Shown here: piece by piece, positions 27,242 through 36,717 of the stretch
Layout: every line of letters starts with the position of its first letter
Position numbering within the stretch: the stretch's first letter is position 1
Origin: Patescibacteria group bacterium
GTDB lineage: Bacteria; Patescibacteriota; JAHJAL01
Length of the DNA stretch: 64,000 nt
Direction: 5' to 3'
Assembly (NCBI GenBank): GCA_049322675.1
Contig: JBMORM010000009.1
Coordinates: 291,517-355,516 of the forward strand
Position numbers and translations under genes: made by a program
The notes under the pieces: model-generated
Seen by the model: the letters and a program-made list of their open reading frames with translations, nothing else
Told to the model about the DNA's origin: nothing
Databases searched by the model: none

Positions 27242-29251
27242 ATGATCGAGGAATTGATAAATTTTAGTTCAAAAAATGGGGAAAATACGACAAGATCGGC
27301 GACTTACCGCTCGAAGTTGGAGATGTATCCAACTAGACCGACGGAAGGATTGGAAGAACCGATCGAAGAGTTGAAAAAAATATTTGAAAGTAAAAATAAA
27401 GAAAATATCAATGAAAAGAACGAGCTGTCGGAAGAAAACAAACAAAAACTTTTTAAATTCGAGGAACAGTTATTCGAAAAATTGAAACCTTCTTATGATT
27501 TGGAAGTAGGGTTATACACTTTTTACCCGGAATATTTTTTGACCAAAGAAGGACAAAATAATTGGGAGGAAATATTTGGAGAATCAATCGAATTTAAGGA
27601 CGAAAATGATATTAAAAGATATTTGATTACCAATCGAAATAGATTGGAAAGAGCGGTTTTGGAAGAAAGAGAAATAAAAAAATCGCAAAGAAAAAGATCA
27701 GTCAAATACGCCAATAAAAAACCAGAAAAACTATTATTCGATTTTATAGTTAAAGAAGGACCGGAGATTGGGGAGTTGCCACCTGACAGCATAAAAGGTT
27801 TGAAGTACCCGGAGCGAATTTCAGTAGTAGCTGATTTGAAGGGATTGTTGACAAAAATAGAAGCATATCTTGAATTCAAGAAAGATTTGTCTGTAAAAAT
27901 TGTTGAGTTTGAAAAAGAAGATAATAATTTAAAAAAACGCTTGATAGATTCAGAGGATGATTTATTGGAGAACAAGAGACAACTGTGGCGAGCGAAAATG
28001 GCGATTGCAAAAATTTATCAGAAAAAAATCAATGTTTTGTTGGCTGAATTATATGAATATGCGGTGGCTTTACAATTGATAAAAAAAGAAGACAAATTGT
28101 CCGAGGAAGAAAAAAGTATATTGAATTATTTTCGGGGTTTGAATAGACCGGAAAAAAACTTATCCAGAATCGATAAATTTAAACATGGTACCGCAATCGA
28201 AAAGCCGGCACAAATTGGATCAAATCTTTTAGAATATGCCGAAGAGCTTCGGGAAATTTATCAAGAAAATGAAATCAAGAAAATTGAAAATCCAGAGATA
28301 TTTTTGGAGGGCAAAAATGGTTTTTCGGTTGAAACTTTTGAAGAGCTGGCAAACAAATTATTAATACGATTGGAGCTTAAAACTACCAAGGACACAAGCA
28401 AGATTCCAATGGAAAAAAAAGCTGATGATAATAAGTGGCGAATAACAGTTGATGATGCAAAAACTTCCATGGGAATAGATAGAAAAACTAAAAATATCAT
28501 ATTGGATAAAAAGGGAAAATCGATATATTCAATTTTTTGCGTGATGATGGCACATGAATTTACTCATGTATTTCAAAATATTTTGAAGGAAGAGTTGAAG
28601 GATGTTTTGAATCTCAAAATAATCGCCGAGATCGGCGGGGATCGTGGCGCAATTTTCGCGGAAGCGGGCGCGAAAATGATGGAAGACAAGATGAGCCAGG
28701 AATTATTTGGGTTAAAGAATCTTCCTCACCCTAATTATATTGCCGCCATGCAAGCCAGATTGGCGGGCAATAATTATTTTGGTTGCGTTAAGGCTTTTTA
28801 TGATAGTGCGCTGGAAATAAATCGATATGTAAAAACACAAAGAATAAACAGAGGGGATAATCCCGAAGAAGTTATGGCCGATTTTATGGCACAAAACAAA
28901 AAAAATCTAAACGATGCAATTTCGAGAGTCAAAAGGTTATTTAGGCCAAGTGTAGTTTCCTTGAATTCTAAAGATCCTTATCTGACTTCAAGCAAAGAGA
29001 CTGTATATTTGGAACAATTACAATTGGTGGAAAAACTAGGGAAAAACAAGATGGAATTTTTGACCTTGATTGGAGGATTGAATCTGGAAAATTTGGCTTT
29101 GTTGACCAAAGTCGGCCTGATCGATAAAAATATTTTGAATAAGTTGAGAGAAAAAACGAGCGAGATTGAGAAAATGTTATTTACAAAAATCAAAGAGATA
29201 TATAATGAATTCGTGATGGAACAACAAAAAGTTAAAATTAAGAGCATATAG
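27242..29251 (+). CDS. Large coiled-coil protein with a C-terminal HExxH zinc-metallopeptidase-like domain (possibly DUF1704/MATCAP-like)
   Basis: The N-terminal ~400 aa is E/K-rich. The C-terminal domain has CVMMAHEFTHVFQ, an HExxH motif. Confidence 0.45.
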   Translation: MIEELINFSSKNGENTTRSATYRSKLEMYPTRPTEGLEEPIEELKKIFESKNKENINEKNELSEENKQKLFKFEEQLFEKLKPSYDLEVGLYTFYPEYFLTKEGQNNWEEIFGESIEFKDENDIKRYLITNRNRLERAVLEEREIKKSQRKRSVKYANKKPEKLLFDFIVKEGPEIGELPPDSIKGLKYPERISVVADLKGLLTKIEAYLEFKKDLSVKIVEFEKEDNNLKKRLIDSEDDLLENKRQLWRAKMAIAKIYQKKINVLLAELYEYAVALQLIKKEDKLSEEEKSILNYFRGLNRPEKNLSRIDKFKHGTAIEKPAQIGSNLLEYAEELREIYQENEIKKIENPEIFLEGKNGFSVETFEELANKLLIRLELKTTKDTSKIPMEKKADDNKWRITVDDAKTSMGIDRKTKNIILDKKGKSIYSIFCVMMAHEFTHVFQNILKEELKDVLNLKIIAEIGGDRGAIFAEAGAKMMEDKMSQELFGLKNLPHPNYIAAMQARLAGNNYFGCVKAFYDSALEINRYVKTQRINRGDNPEEVMADFMAQNKKNLNDAISRVKRLFRPSVVSLNSKDPYLTSSKETVYLEQLQLVEKLGKNKMEFLTLIGGLNLENLALLTKVGLIDKNILNKLREKTSEIEKMLFTKIKEIYNEFVMEQQKVKIKSI

Positions 29252-29268
29252 ATTTAAACACACAACAT

Positions 29269-30174
29269 ATGAAAATTGGAATTTTTGGTTCAAAAAATAC
29301 TCCTGAATCTCAATTGTTGGAAAAAGCAGCGATTGAGAAAGGACATACAGCCGTCAGATTTTCGCAATATGATTTTACTTTCGAATTGCGCAACAATATT
29401 TTTTCGATTAGATCGGAAATTGATTTTGCCGACTTGGATATTGTATTAATCAGAGGAATAGACAGACAGTACAATTTTGATAATAGAAGTTTTAATAAAG
29501 CAAATGAGGCATTGATTACCCTCAGGTACTTAAGAGAAGAATTGGGTATTCCTCTGGTTGATGAATATCGGGTATTGGATCCATTTTTTTATCAATCCGG
29601 TAAAATGATGACAGCACAAAAGTTGGCTCAGGAAAAAATTCCTCAACCTGATGCTTGGCAGTTTGGTTCAAAAGAAAAACTGAAAGAAGCTATAAATAGT
29701 TTTTCCTTTCCTTTGATTGCCAAAAGTCCCAATGGAAGAAAGGGGTTGGGAATCTACAAGTTGGAATGTCAGGCTGATTTGGAAAAATTGTTGAGCGATC
29801 TGACAACAGATAGTTTTCCTTATATTATTCAGGAATATCTTCCTTCGGATGGGGATATTCGGGTTTTTTGCGTCGGTTACAAAGCATTGGGCGCGATGAA
29901 AAGGTTTATTCCAACAGGCGACTTTCGAGCAAATATATCTCAGGGCGGCAGAGGAGAAAAAATTGTTTTACCAAAAGAAGCGATAGAAATTGCCGAAAAG
30001 GCTGCCGAGGTGACTAAAACGGAAATTGCCGGCGTGGATTTGATTGAGTCAAATGGCAAATACTATGTGATAGAGGTCAATCAAGCGCCGCAGTTTAGAG
30101 GTTTTATTGAATATACTGGTATCAATCCGGCTAACGCGATCGTGGATTATCTGGAGAAGAAAGCAAAAAAGTGA
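29269..30174 (+). CDS. RimK-family ATP-grasp ligase (alpha-L-glutamate ligase-like)
   Basis: GDIRVFCVGYKALGAMKRFIPTGDFRANISQGGRGEKI and GVDLIESNGKYYVIEVNQAPQF align block-for-block with E. coli RimK. The start is 18 nt after the upstream gene's stop. Confidence 0.75.
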   Translation: MKIGIFGSKNTPESQLLEKAAIEKGHTAVRFSQYDFTFELRNNIFSIRSEIDFADLDIVLIRGIDRQYNFDNRSFNKANEALITLRYLREELGIPLVDEYRVLDPFFYQSGKMMTAQKLAQEKIPQPDAWQFGSKEKLKEAINSFSFPLIAKSPNGRKGLGIYKLECQADLEKLLSDLTTDSFPYIIQEYLPSDGDIRVFCVGYKALGAMKRFIPTGDFRANISQGGRGEKIVLPKEAIEIAEKAAEVTKTEIAGVDLIESNGKYYVIEVNQAPQFRGFIEYTGINPANAIVDYLEKKAKK

Positions 30175-30178
30175 TTTT

Positions 30179-31063
30179 TTACTTTTGGATTTTTTGCTGG
30201 AGATAATCAATAATCTCGGCCGCCACGTCAATACTGGTGGCCTTTTTGAAACCGTCAAAATAACAATATCGATTGATTTCGATAATATACGGTTGGCCTT
30301 GATGAAAAAGAATATCGATTCCGGCGTGTTCGCATTTGACCGCTGAGGAGGCGCGGAGTGCCAGATCGGCAATTTCCGGAGGAACGGAATAATTTTCGAC
30401 TTGATTGCCCAATGAATAATTGGTGCGAAATTCCTGTGGATTTATAGAAATTCTTTTCATGCCACCGAGTACTTTTTTACCCAAAGTAATAATGCGTAAA
30501 TCATAATCGATCGGCCAGTATTTTTGAGCCAAATAAAGACGATGTTTGGCTCTTTTTTGATATCTGGGGAGATTTTCAAGATCGGATGAATTATTAATTT
30601 TATAAACTGTCAGACCGCAAGTACCGTTGATGCATTTGTAAATAAATGGCAGACCAAATGTTTGAGAAATGTAGCGAAAATCATTTTTTACAGTATCCAA
30701 GGTGGCCGGAATGATGGGAATTGATTTTTCGGCTAGCAGAGCATATTGGATAGCTTTGTCAAAGAGCGGATAATCGATAATAGAGTCTTGATTGAGTAGA
30801 TATATATTGTGTTTTTTGGCGTAAATTGCCAGTAGATGAGAAATATGAGTAAGATTGACCGGACGGCGCAGGATAAGACAATCATAGGTTGACAAAGGCA
30901 AATCGGGAACAAGTATTTGGAAACCGTCTTGATTGTTAAAAATTAGTTTAAGATCACGATAGCTGCAGTGATCGATTTGATGATTTTTTGACTGGCCGGC
31001 AGCGATCAAACTTTCCACCGGTTGATTGTTTTTTTTGATTAAACTGACGATAAGAATTTTCAT
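30179..31063 (-). CDS. Second RimK-family ATP-grasp ligase, convergent with the first
   Basis: The blocks DYDLRIITLGKKVLGGMKRI..EFRTNYSLGNQ and AGIDILFHQGQPYIIEINRYCYFDGF are present. Confidence 0.7.
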   Translation of the reverse strand: MKILIVSLIKKNNQPVESLIAAGQSKNHQIDHCSYRDLKLIFNNQDGFQILVPDLPLSTYDCLILRRPVNLTHISHLLAIYAKKHNIYLLNQDSIIDYPLFDKAIQYALLAEKSIPIIPATLDTVKNDFRYISQTFGLPFIYKCINGTCGLTVYKINNSSDLENLPRYQKRAKHRLYLAQKYWPIDYDLRIITLGKKVLGGMKRISINPQEFRTNYSLGNQVENYSVPPEIADLALRASSAVKCEHAGIDILFHQGQPYIIEINRYCYFDGFKKATSIDVAAEIIDYLQQKIQK

Positions 31064-31138
31064 AGTTTTTTGGTTAAAAAATATAAGTATTTGATATAAT
31101 TGTTTTACTGATGAATATTTATCAAAGAGAAGGGCAAA

Positions 31139-32413
31139 ATGGATTTAAAAGAATCAATAGATTTTAGTTGGATGAAAACATTGAATGGAGATCGGGGGGT
31201 ACCAAATAAAGAAGAGTTAATAAATCAACGCAATCGCTTGCTTGGCGAATTGATGCAACAAACCCAACTTACACCAAATGACAATGGAGAGAAAAGAGGA
31301 AAATTGCTGAGCGAAATAAAAGAGTTGATGCAAGAGATAAACGAGTTTGGCAAAGAAAATGAGGAAAATGAATTTAAGACGGTTCAGCTTGCTCCCGAAC
31401 AGGAAGAAGATGATTTGACGACCAGAATGTTGCCGGAGTTGCCGGAGGATTTTTCTGACAATACAAATATGGACACAAAGACAAATATTCTGCCTGACGA
31501 GATGGGAAGCGGACAAAACAAAGCGGATGAAATTTTGGAACATGAGAATATTTATTTTTTGCAAGATAGTTTGTACGAGCTTTTTGCCGATGTGTGGGCA
31601 GATGATTTTGACCAAAATAGATTTGAAAAATTGAAGCAAGAAATCGAATGTAGGTTTGAAGATTTGGATGATAGAAGAGAGTTGATCCAGGGTTATATCA
31701 ATGACCATCGATTGAAGAGTCGGATATTTTTGAATTTGGCCGAATTGATTTGTTTCAAAACGACCAAAATTGTGATGCGAGAAAAACCGGGAGAAAATAT
31801 CGAATTATATGATGAAGAATTGATTAGGGAGTTGGACGATACGCTTTACAACTTCATTGCTTTGGATTTGAATAAAGACGAGGACAAATTTGATAATCCT
31901 GATTTATGCGAGACAGAAGAACAGGAGGAAAAATATCTGGCTACGACCGATATTGACAATATTATCCAAACAATTGACCAGGACAAAAGAAGTAAAGAGG
32001 AAATGGCAAATTATTTGTCCAGTTATTACGGTGATTTAAAACAAAAAATCAAATATTTTTATAAGATTGCCAACAATCTCTGCGAAAAACCGATGGATAT
32101 AATTTTTGAACCGGGAGAAAAGTTGACGGAAAGAGAATTGAAGATAATGTTGGAGGATTTTGGTTTTGGAAAATATTTGTTTGACATTATCGAATTTGAA
32201 GACATAAAACATAAGCCCAACAAAGAAACAAATAAAACTACCGCCGAACCAGATCGCTCTAACGAGGCAGAGATTATAAAGGTTAAACCGATTGCTTATG
32301 ATAGCTCGGAAATAAAAACGATCGGCAATGCCAGAGGTGGCCAAAAAGTGTTTTATCAGTTTGAAAATCCACTGGTAGAATTGTGGGGAGAAAGAATAAA
32401 AAAGAAGGAATAG
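31139..32413 (+). CDS. Highly acidic (D/E-rich) hypothetical protein
   Basis: The 424-aa protein has long D/E-rich stretches and no recognisable catalytic motif. It is divergently arranged with the second ATP-grasp gene. Confidence 0.45.
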   Translation: MDLKESIDFSWMKTLNGDRGVPNKEELINQRNRLLGELMQQTQLTPNDNGEKRGKLLSEIKELMQEINEFGKENEENEFKTVQLAPEQEEDDLTTRMLPELPEDFSDNTNMDTKTNILPDEMGSGQNKADEILEHENIYFLQDSLYELFADVWADDFDQNRFEKLKQEIECRFEDLDDRRELIQGYINDHRLKSRIFLNLAELICFKTTKIVMREKPGENIELYDEELIRELDDTLYNFIALDLNKDEDKFDNPDLCETEEQEEKYLATTDIDNIIQTIDQDKRSKEEMANYLSSYYGDLKQKIKYFYKIANNLCEKPMDIIFEPGEKLTERELKIMLEDFGFGKYLFDIIEFEDIKHKPNKETNKTTAEPDRSNEAEIIKVKPIAYDSSEIKTIGNARGGQKVFYQFENPLVELWGERIKKKE

Positions 32414-32479
32414 TTTTTACTTGTTCCAAAAAATTTATTATCCTAAAATTACCATTATTTTTTATATAAGAGCCATATC

Positions 32480-35400
32480 ATGACATTCAAACCGATCGAT
32501 CCCAAAAAAAAGTTGCCCCAGTTGGAGGAGGAAGTGTTGGAATTTTGGGAAAGTGATAAAACATTTGAAAAGAGTATTCAAATCAGGGAAGGCGGAGAAA
32601 ATTTTATTTTCTACGAGGGCCCGCCGACTGCAAACGGAAAGCCCGGTCTTCATCATGCGATTGCTCGCGCTTTCAAGGATATCGTCCCTCGCTACAAAAC
32701 TATGAAAGGTTACAAAGTGGAGCGGAAAGCCGGTTGGGATACCCATGGTTTACCGGTAGAATTACAGGTGGAAAAACAGTTGGGCCTAAAAAATAAACAG
32801 GATATTGAAAATATAGTTCCGGGAAACCCAAGACAAAGCATTATTGATTTTAATCAGAAATGTAAAGAGTCGGTCTGGGAATACAAAGATTTGTGGACAA
32901 CTTTTACTAAACGAATGGGTTATTGGGTGGATTTAGAAAATCCATATATTACCTATGAAGATAATTATATTGAAAATGTTTGGTGGGTGTTGCAGCAAAT
33001 GGCAACGGTTGAAGACGAACAAAAAAACAGCATTGTCTATAAAGGCCACAAAGTTGTCCCCTATTGTTATCGTTGCGGAACAGCTTTATCGACACATGAA
33101 TTGGCGCAAGGTTATCAAACTATAAAAGATAATTCCGTTTATATTAAAATGAAGTTGGCCGGTCAGGAAAATACATATTTTCTAGTCTGGACAACCACTC
33201 CTTGGACTTTGCCCGGTAATGTTGCCTTGGCGATAGGTAAAAATTTTAATTACGTCAAAGTAAAGTACAACGGTGAGTTTTTGATTCTGGTAAAAGATAG
33301 ATTGGCAGTGTTGGACGGTGATTATGAAATAGTGGAGGAAATGACCGGGGAGAGTTTGTTGGACCTGGAGTACGAACCATTGTTCAAAGTCGATAATCCT
33401 GAAAACAAAAAAGCTTATTTTGTAATTGCGGGGGATTTTGTTTCGACAATGGATGGAACCGGTATTGTGCATATTGCGCCTGCTTTTGGTGTTGATGATG
33501 AAGTGGTTAGCCGAGCAAACAATTTACCGGTTTTAAACACAGTTAATGACAAAGGACAAATAACCGCTGATGTTCCGGGGCAAGGAATACCGCTCAAAAA
33601 GAAAAATGATAAAAACCGATACGAAGTAGATGACTTGATCATGAATAACCTGAAAGACCGGGGTTTGTTTTTCAAAGAAGAATCATACGAACACGAATAT
33701 CCGTTTTGCTGGCGTTGTGACACACCGCTGATTTATTTTGCCAAACCGTCGTGGTTTGTAAAAATGAGTATTTTTGCTGATGATCTGGTGAAGAATAACG
33801 ATGAGATCAATTGGGTGCCGGAGCATATCAAGCACGGAAGATTTGGAGAATGGTTGGCAGGGGTCAAGGATTGGGCGATTTCCCGGGATCGGTTTTGGGG
33901 TACTCCCCTACCGATTTGGGAATGTGATCAATGCCACCGATTTGAAGTGGTTGGTTCAAAAAAAGAGGTTGAAGAAAAATCGGGAAAGACTTTGACCGAT
34001 TTGCACAAACCTTATATTGATGAAGTTGGTTGGAAATGCGAGTGCGGCGGGAATATGAATCGAGTGCCGGAGGTGATGGACGTTTGGTTTGATTCCGGTT
34101 CTATGCCCACGGCTCAGTTTGGTTACCCCAATAATGCGACGGAAGATGATAAGAAAAAAATTGAGAGTGGCGATTTTTATCCGGCAGACTATATATCTGA
34201 AGCTATCGACCAAACTCGAGGCTGGTTTTATACACTTTTAGCCATAGCAACCGTTTTAAACAAAGCGGGAAAAGTACCCAACGGCTTCCCCTATCGCAAT
34301 GTTATTTGTTTGGGGCATATCAACGATAAAAATGGGAAGAAAATGAGTAAATCGCGCGGGAATGTAGTAGATCCGGCTGACGTTATGAATCAATTTGGGG
34401 CAGATATCATGCGCTGGTATATGTACACTATCAACCAGCCGGGCTTGCCAAAAAGATTTGACCCCAAAGGATTGCAGGACATCAATAATCGCTTGATGAG
34501 AATGTTGATCAATTCGTATTCTTTCTTTGTTATGTATGCAAATACGGATAATTGGCAGCCAAATAATGATAATGATTTCAGTCCGAGTAATTTTTTGGAT
34601 CAGTGGATTTTATCAGAATTAAATGAATTGATCTTGCTAGTCGATGACAGGCTAGAAAAATACGATATTTACGGGGCAGCCAAAGAGATTGAAGTTTTTG
34701 TAGATAATTTGTCAAACTGGTATATCAGGCGTTCGAGAAGACGTTTTTGGAAGAGTGAAAGCGATAAAGATAAAAACGAGGCTTATCAGACTTTGTATAT
34801 GGTATTAGTGGATTTGTGCAAATTAATCGCTCCGTTTATGCCTTTTGTGACAGAGACTATTTACCTTAATCTCACCAAAGAAAAAGAATCGATTCATTTA
34901 CAAGATTTTCCTATCCCAAGGAAGGACTTGATTAAACCGGAATTGAACCAGCAGATGGATATTGTTAGAAAGGCGGTAGAATTGGGGTTAGCAGTGCGGG
35001 CAAAAGCGGCAATCAAGGTTAGACAACCATTGGGCAAATTAATAATTGCAACAACAAGCAGTATTGAGATTGACGAAAATTTAATCGAGCTGATAAAAGA
35101 CGAAGTAAATATTAAAGAAATCGCGATTGAAAAAGATTTTGATGGAGACGAAAAATGGGCGGTGATAGAAAATTATGGTTTAAAAGTTTACCTGGACACT
35201 ACTATCACCGACGAATTGCGGTTGGAGGGATTGTCGCGGGAGATTGTTCGTCATATTCAAGAGGCGAGAAAGGCGGCGGGTTTAAATATTGATGATCGAA
35301 TCAAGGTGACGTGGCTTACTGAAAGTGCGGAAATAAAGGAAGTGATGATGGTCCATCATGATTATATTGCCGGAGAAATCTTGGCGGAGAATTTGGCGGA

Positions 35401-35482
35401 GAATTCTTCAGGAGATTTTTCTTTCAAGACAGAAGTGATGATTGAGGGACAAAAATTACAGATATGTTTAAATAAGATTTGA
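32480..35482 (+). CDS. ileS: Isoleucyl-tRNA synthetase (type-2-like, 1000 aa)
   Basis: PPTANGKPGLHHA (HIGH region), KMSKSRGN, a CP1 editing region and C-terminal Zn-binding Cys pairs (CYRCGT, CDQCH, CECGG) are all present. Confidence 0.9.
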   Translation: MTFKPIDPKKKLPQLEEEVLEFWESDKTFEKSIQIREGGENFIFYEGPPTANGKPGLHHAIARAFKDIVPRYKTMKGYKVERKAGWDTHGLPVELQVEKQLGLKNKQDIENIVPGNPRQSIIDFNQKCKESVWEYKDLWTTFTKRMGYWVDLENPYITYEDNYIENVWWVLQQMATVEDEQKNSIVYKGHKVVPYCYRCGTALSTHELAQGYQTIKDNSVYIKMKLAGQENTYFLVWTTTPWTLPGNVALAIGKNFNYVKVKYNGEFLILVKDRLAVLDGDYEIVEEMTGESLLDLEYEPLFKVDNPENKKAYFVIAGDFVSTMDGTGIVHIAPAFGVDDEVVSRANNLPVLNTVNDKGQITADVPGQGIPLKKKNDKNRYEVDDLIMNNLKDRGLFFKEESYEHEYPFCWRCDTPLIYFAKPSWFVKMSIFADDLVKNNDEINWVPEHIKHGRFGEWLAGVKDWAISRDRFWGTPLPIWECDQCHRFEVVGSKKEVEEKSGKTLTDLHKPYIDEVGWKCECGGNMNRVPEVMDVWFDSGSMPTAQFGYPNNATEDDKKKIESGDFYPADYISEAIDQTRGWFYTLLAIATVLNKAGKVPNGFPYRNVICLGHINDKNGKKMSKSRGNVVDPADVMNQFGADIMRWYMYTINQPGLPKRFDPKGLQDINNRLMRMLINSYSFFVMYANTDNWQPNNDNDFSPSNFLDQWILSELNELILLVDDRLEKYDIYGAAKEIEVFVDNLSNWYIRRSRRRFWKSESDKDKNEAYQTLYMVLVDLCKLIAPFMPFVTETIYLNLTKEKESIHLQDFPIPRKDLIKPELNQQMDIVRKAVELGLAVRAKAAIKVRQPLGKLIIATTSSIEIDENLIELIKDEVNIKEIAIEKDFDGDEKWAVIENYGLKVYLDTTITDELRLEGLSREIVRHIQEARKAAGLNIDDRIKVTWLTESAEIKEVMMVHHDYIAGEILAENLAENSSGDFSFKTEVMIEGQKLQICLNKI

Positions 35483-35648
35483 GATCAAAATTGTCGATAT
35501 CTCTTTATTTGACGGCGATAATCGCATGAGTTATGATTGATTTGAGATCATGAATGTTTAATATTTTTACATAAGATATGCATTGTTTTCAGAAATATTT
35601 TTGTTTGGAGAAAGAAAGATTATTTTCCAACATCGACGTTGTTTAGGA

Positions 35649-35676
35649 TAGTTTTGGCGGCGGACACTTGTGTTCG
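35649..35676 (+). terminator. Rho-independent terminator about 170 nt downstream of ileS
   Basis: GGCGGAC-acttgt-GTTCGCC is followed by TTTTTT. The stem resembles the GGGCGGAC hairpin found inside trmD. Confidence 0.5.
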
Positions 35677-35738
35677 CCTTTTTTATTTAAGATTGGGGGA
35701 TCTATTTTTTAGAAAAAGCATTTGGGTAGAAAAATAAT

Positions 35739-36581
35739 ATGAGTACGAGCGACAAAATAAAAAGTGAACAGAAAATGTATTTTAACCTTGAATATGTCGA
35801 GCGGATTATTGCCAGGCAAAGAGATTATGAAAATAATCGCGAGCACATCGGGACAACAAGAATTTTTCAATCTATTGCATTGACTCATCTAAAAAAGAAC
35901 GAGGCAAAAAGTATAATGATAGCCAATTTGGGGGCAGGCGCTTGCATTGATGAATTGGGAGATCTGTTTGACTATTTGTCGGCAAGAGCAGGCAAGATCT
36001 CTTGGGTAGATCATTCTCCTTTCATGATTAAATTTGCCAAAGAATATTTGCCAAAAAAATATCTTGATACTGTGGAAATTTATCAGCAAGATTGGTTAAC
36101 TTGGCTGAATACACGTATCGACGAGACCCTGGATTTTGTTTTTATGGAATATACTTTTAATTACGTTGATGATTTGGACAAATTTTTTAAGCTTTTGGCG
36201 AAAAAGATGTCCAAGAAAGCAATATTTGCCGCTAATCCCAATTTGTATCCTCGGGGTTTGAAAAGTGAAACAACAAATGCATTTTATTCAATTAACGGAC
36301 AAATGATCGCCGATGGCACAGTGGAATATCCGGTTAGTGGCGATGTGATCGGCGTGCATTTTAAAACTGCCGTAAATTCCAGGCAAACTATTACTTCTTA
36401 CAAGATTACATACCTGGATAAAAACGATATTTTGAAAGCCGCGACAAAATACTTTAAAAAAGCTACGATTTTGGACAATTGGCAACAGAACAAAGAATAT
36501 GTGAATGAATTTGATAGATTGTCAAAAAATCAGAAACTGGATTTTAATAAAGATAAAATATATTTGATTATGGAAAAATAA
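35739..36581 (+). CDS. Putative class I SAM-dependent methyltransferase-like protein
   Basis: A glycine-rich motif IANLGAGACIDE (motif I-like) is present. The call rests on weak similarity only. Confidence 0.3.
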   Translation: MSTSDKIKSEQKMYFNLEYVERIIARQRDYENNREHIGTTRIFQSIALTHLKKNEAKSIMIANLGAGACIDELGDLFDYLSARAGKISWVDHSPFMIKFAKEYLPKKYLDTVEIYQQDWLTWLNTRIDETLDFVFMEYTFNYVDDLDKFFKLLAKKMSKKAIFAANPNLYPRGLKSETTNAFYSINGQMIADGTVEYPVSGDVIGVHFKTAVNSRQTITSYKITYLDKNDILKAATKYFKKATILDNWQQNKEYVNEFDRLSKNQKLDFNKDKIYLIMEK

Positions 36582-36641
36582 GCGGAATAATTTTTTCTTC
36601 AGAAAATTTTTAATTGTATTTAATTTTTTGTTTAATTTTTT

Positions 36642-36717
36642 ATCATCCCCTATTTTTTATTGTTATTTGGTGAACTTTAAAAATTCACCAAAAAAATAAA
36701 AAAGGGGATGATTTTTT
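36642..36717 (+). terminator. Long perfect palindrome plus T-run. It serves as a terminator for the upstream gene and also overlaps the Shine-Dalgarno of the next gene.
   Basis: The palindrome is atcatcccctattttttatt..ttggtgaa-ctttaaaaa-ttcaccaa..aataaaaaaggggatgat, followed by tttttt and then the ATG at 36718. The SD AAGGGGA lies inside the 3' arm. Confidence 0.5.
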
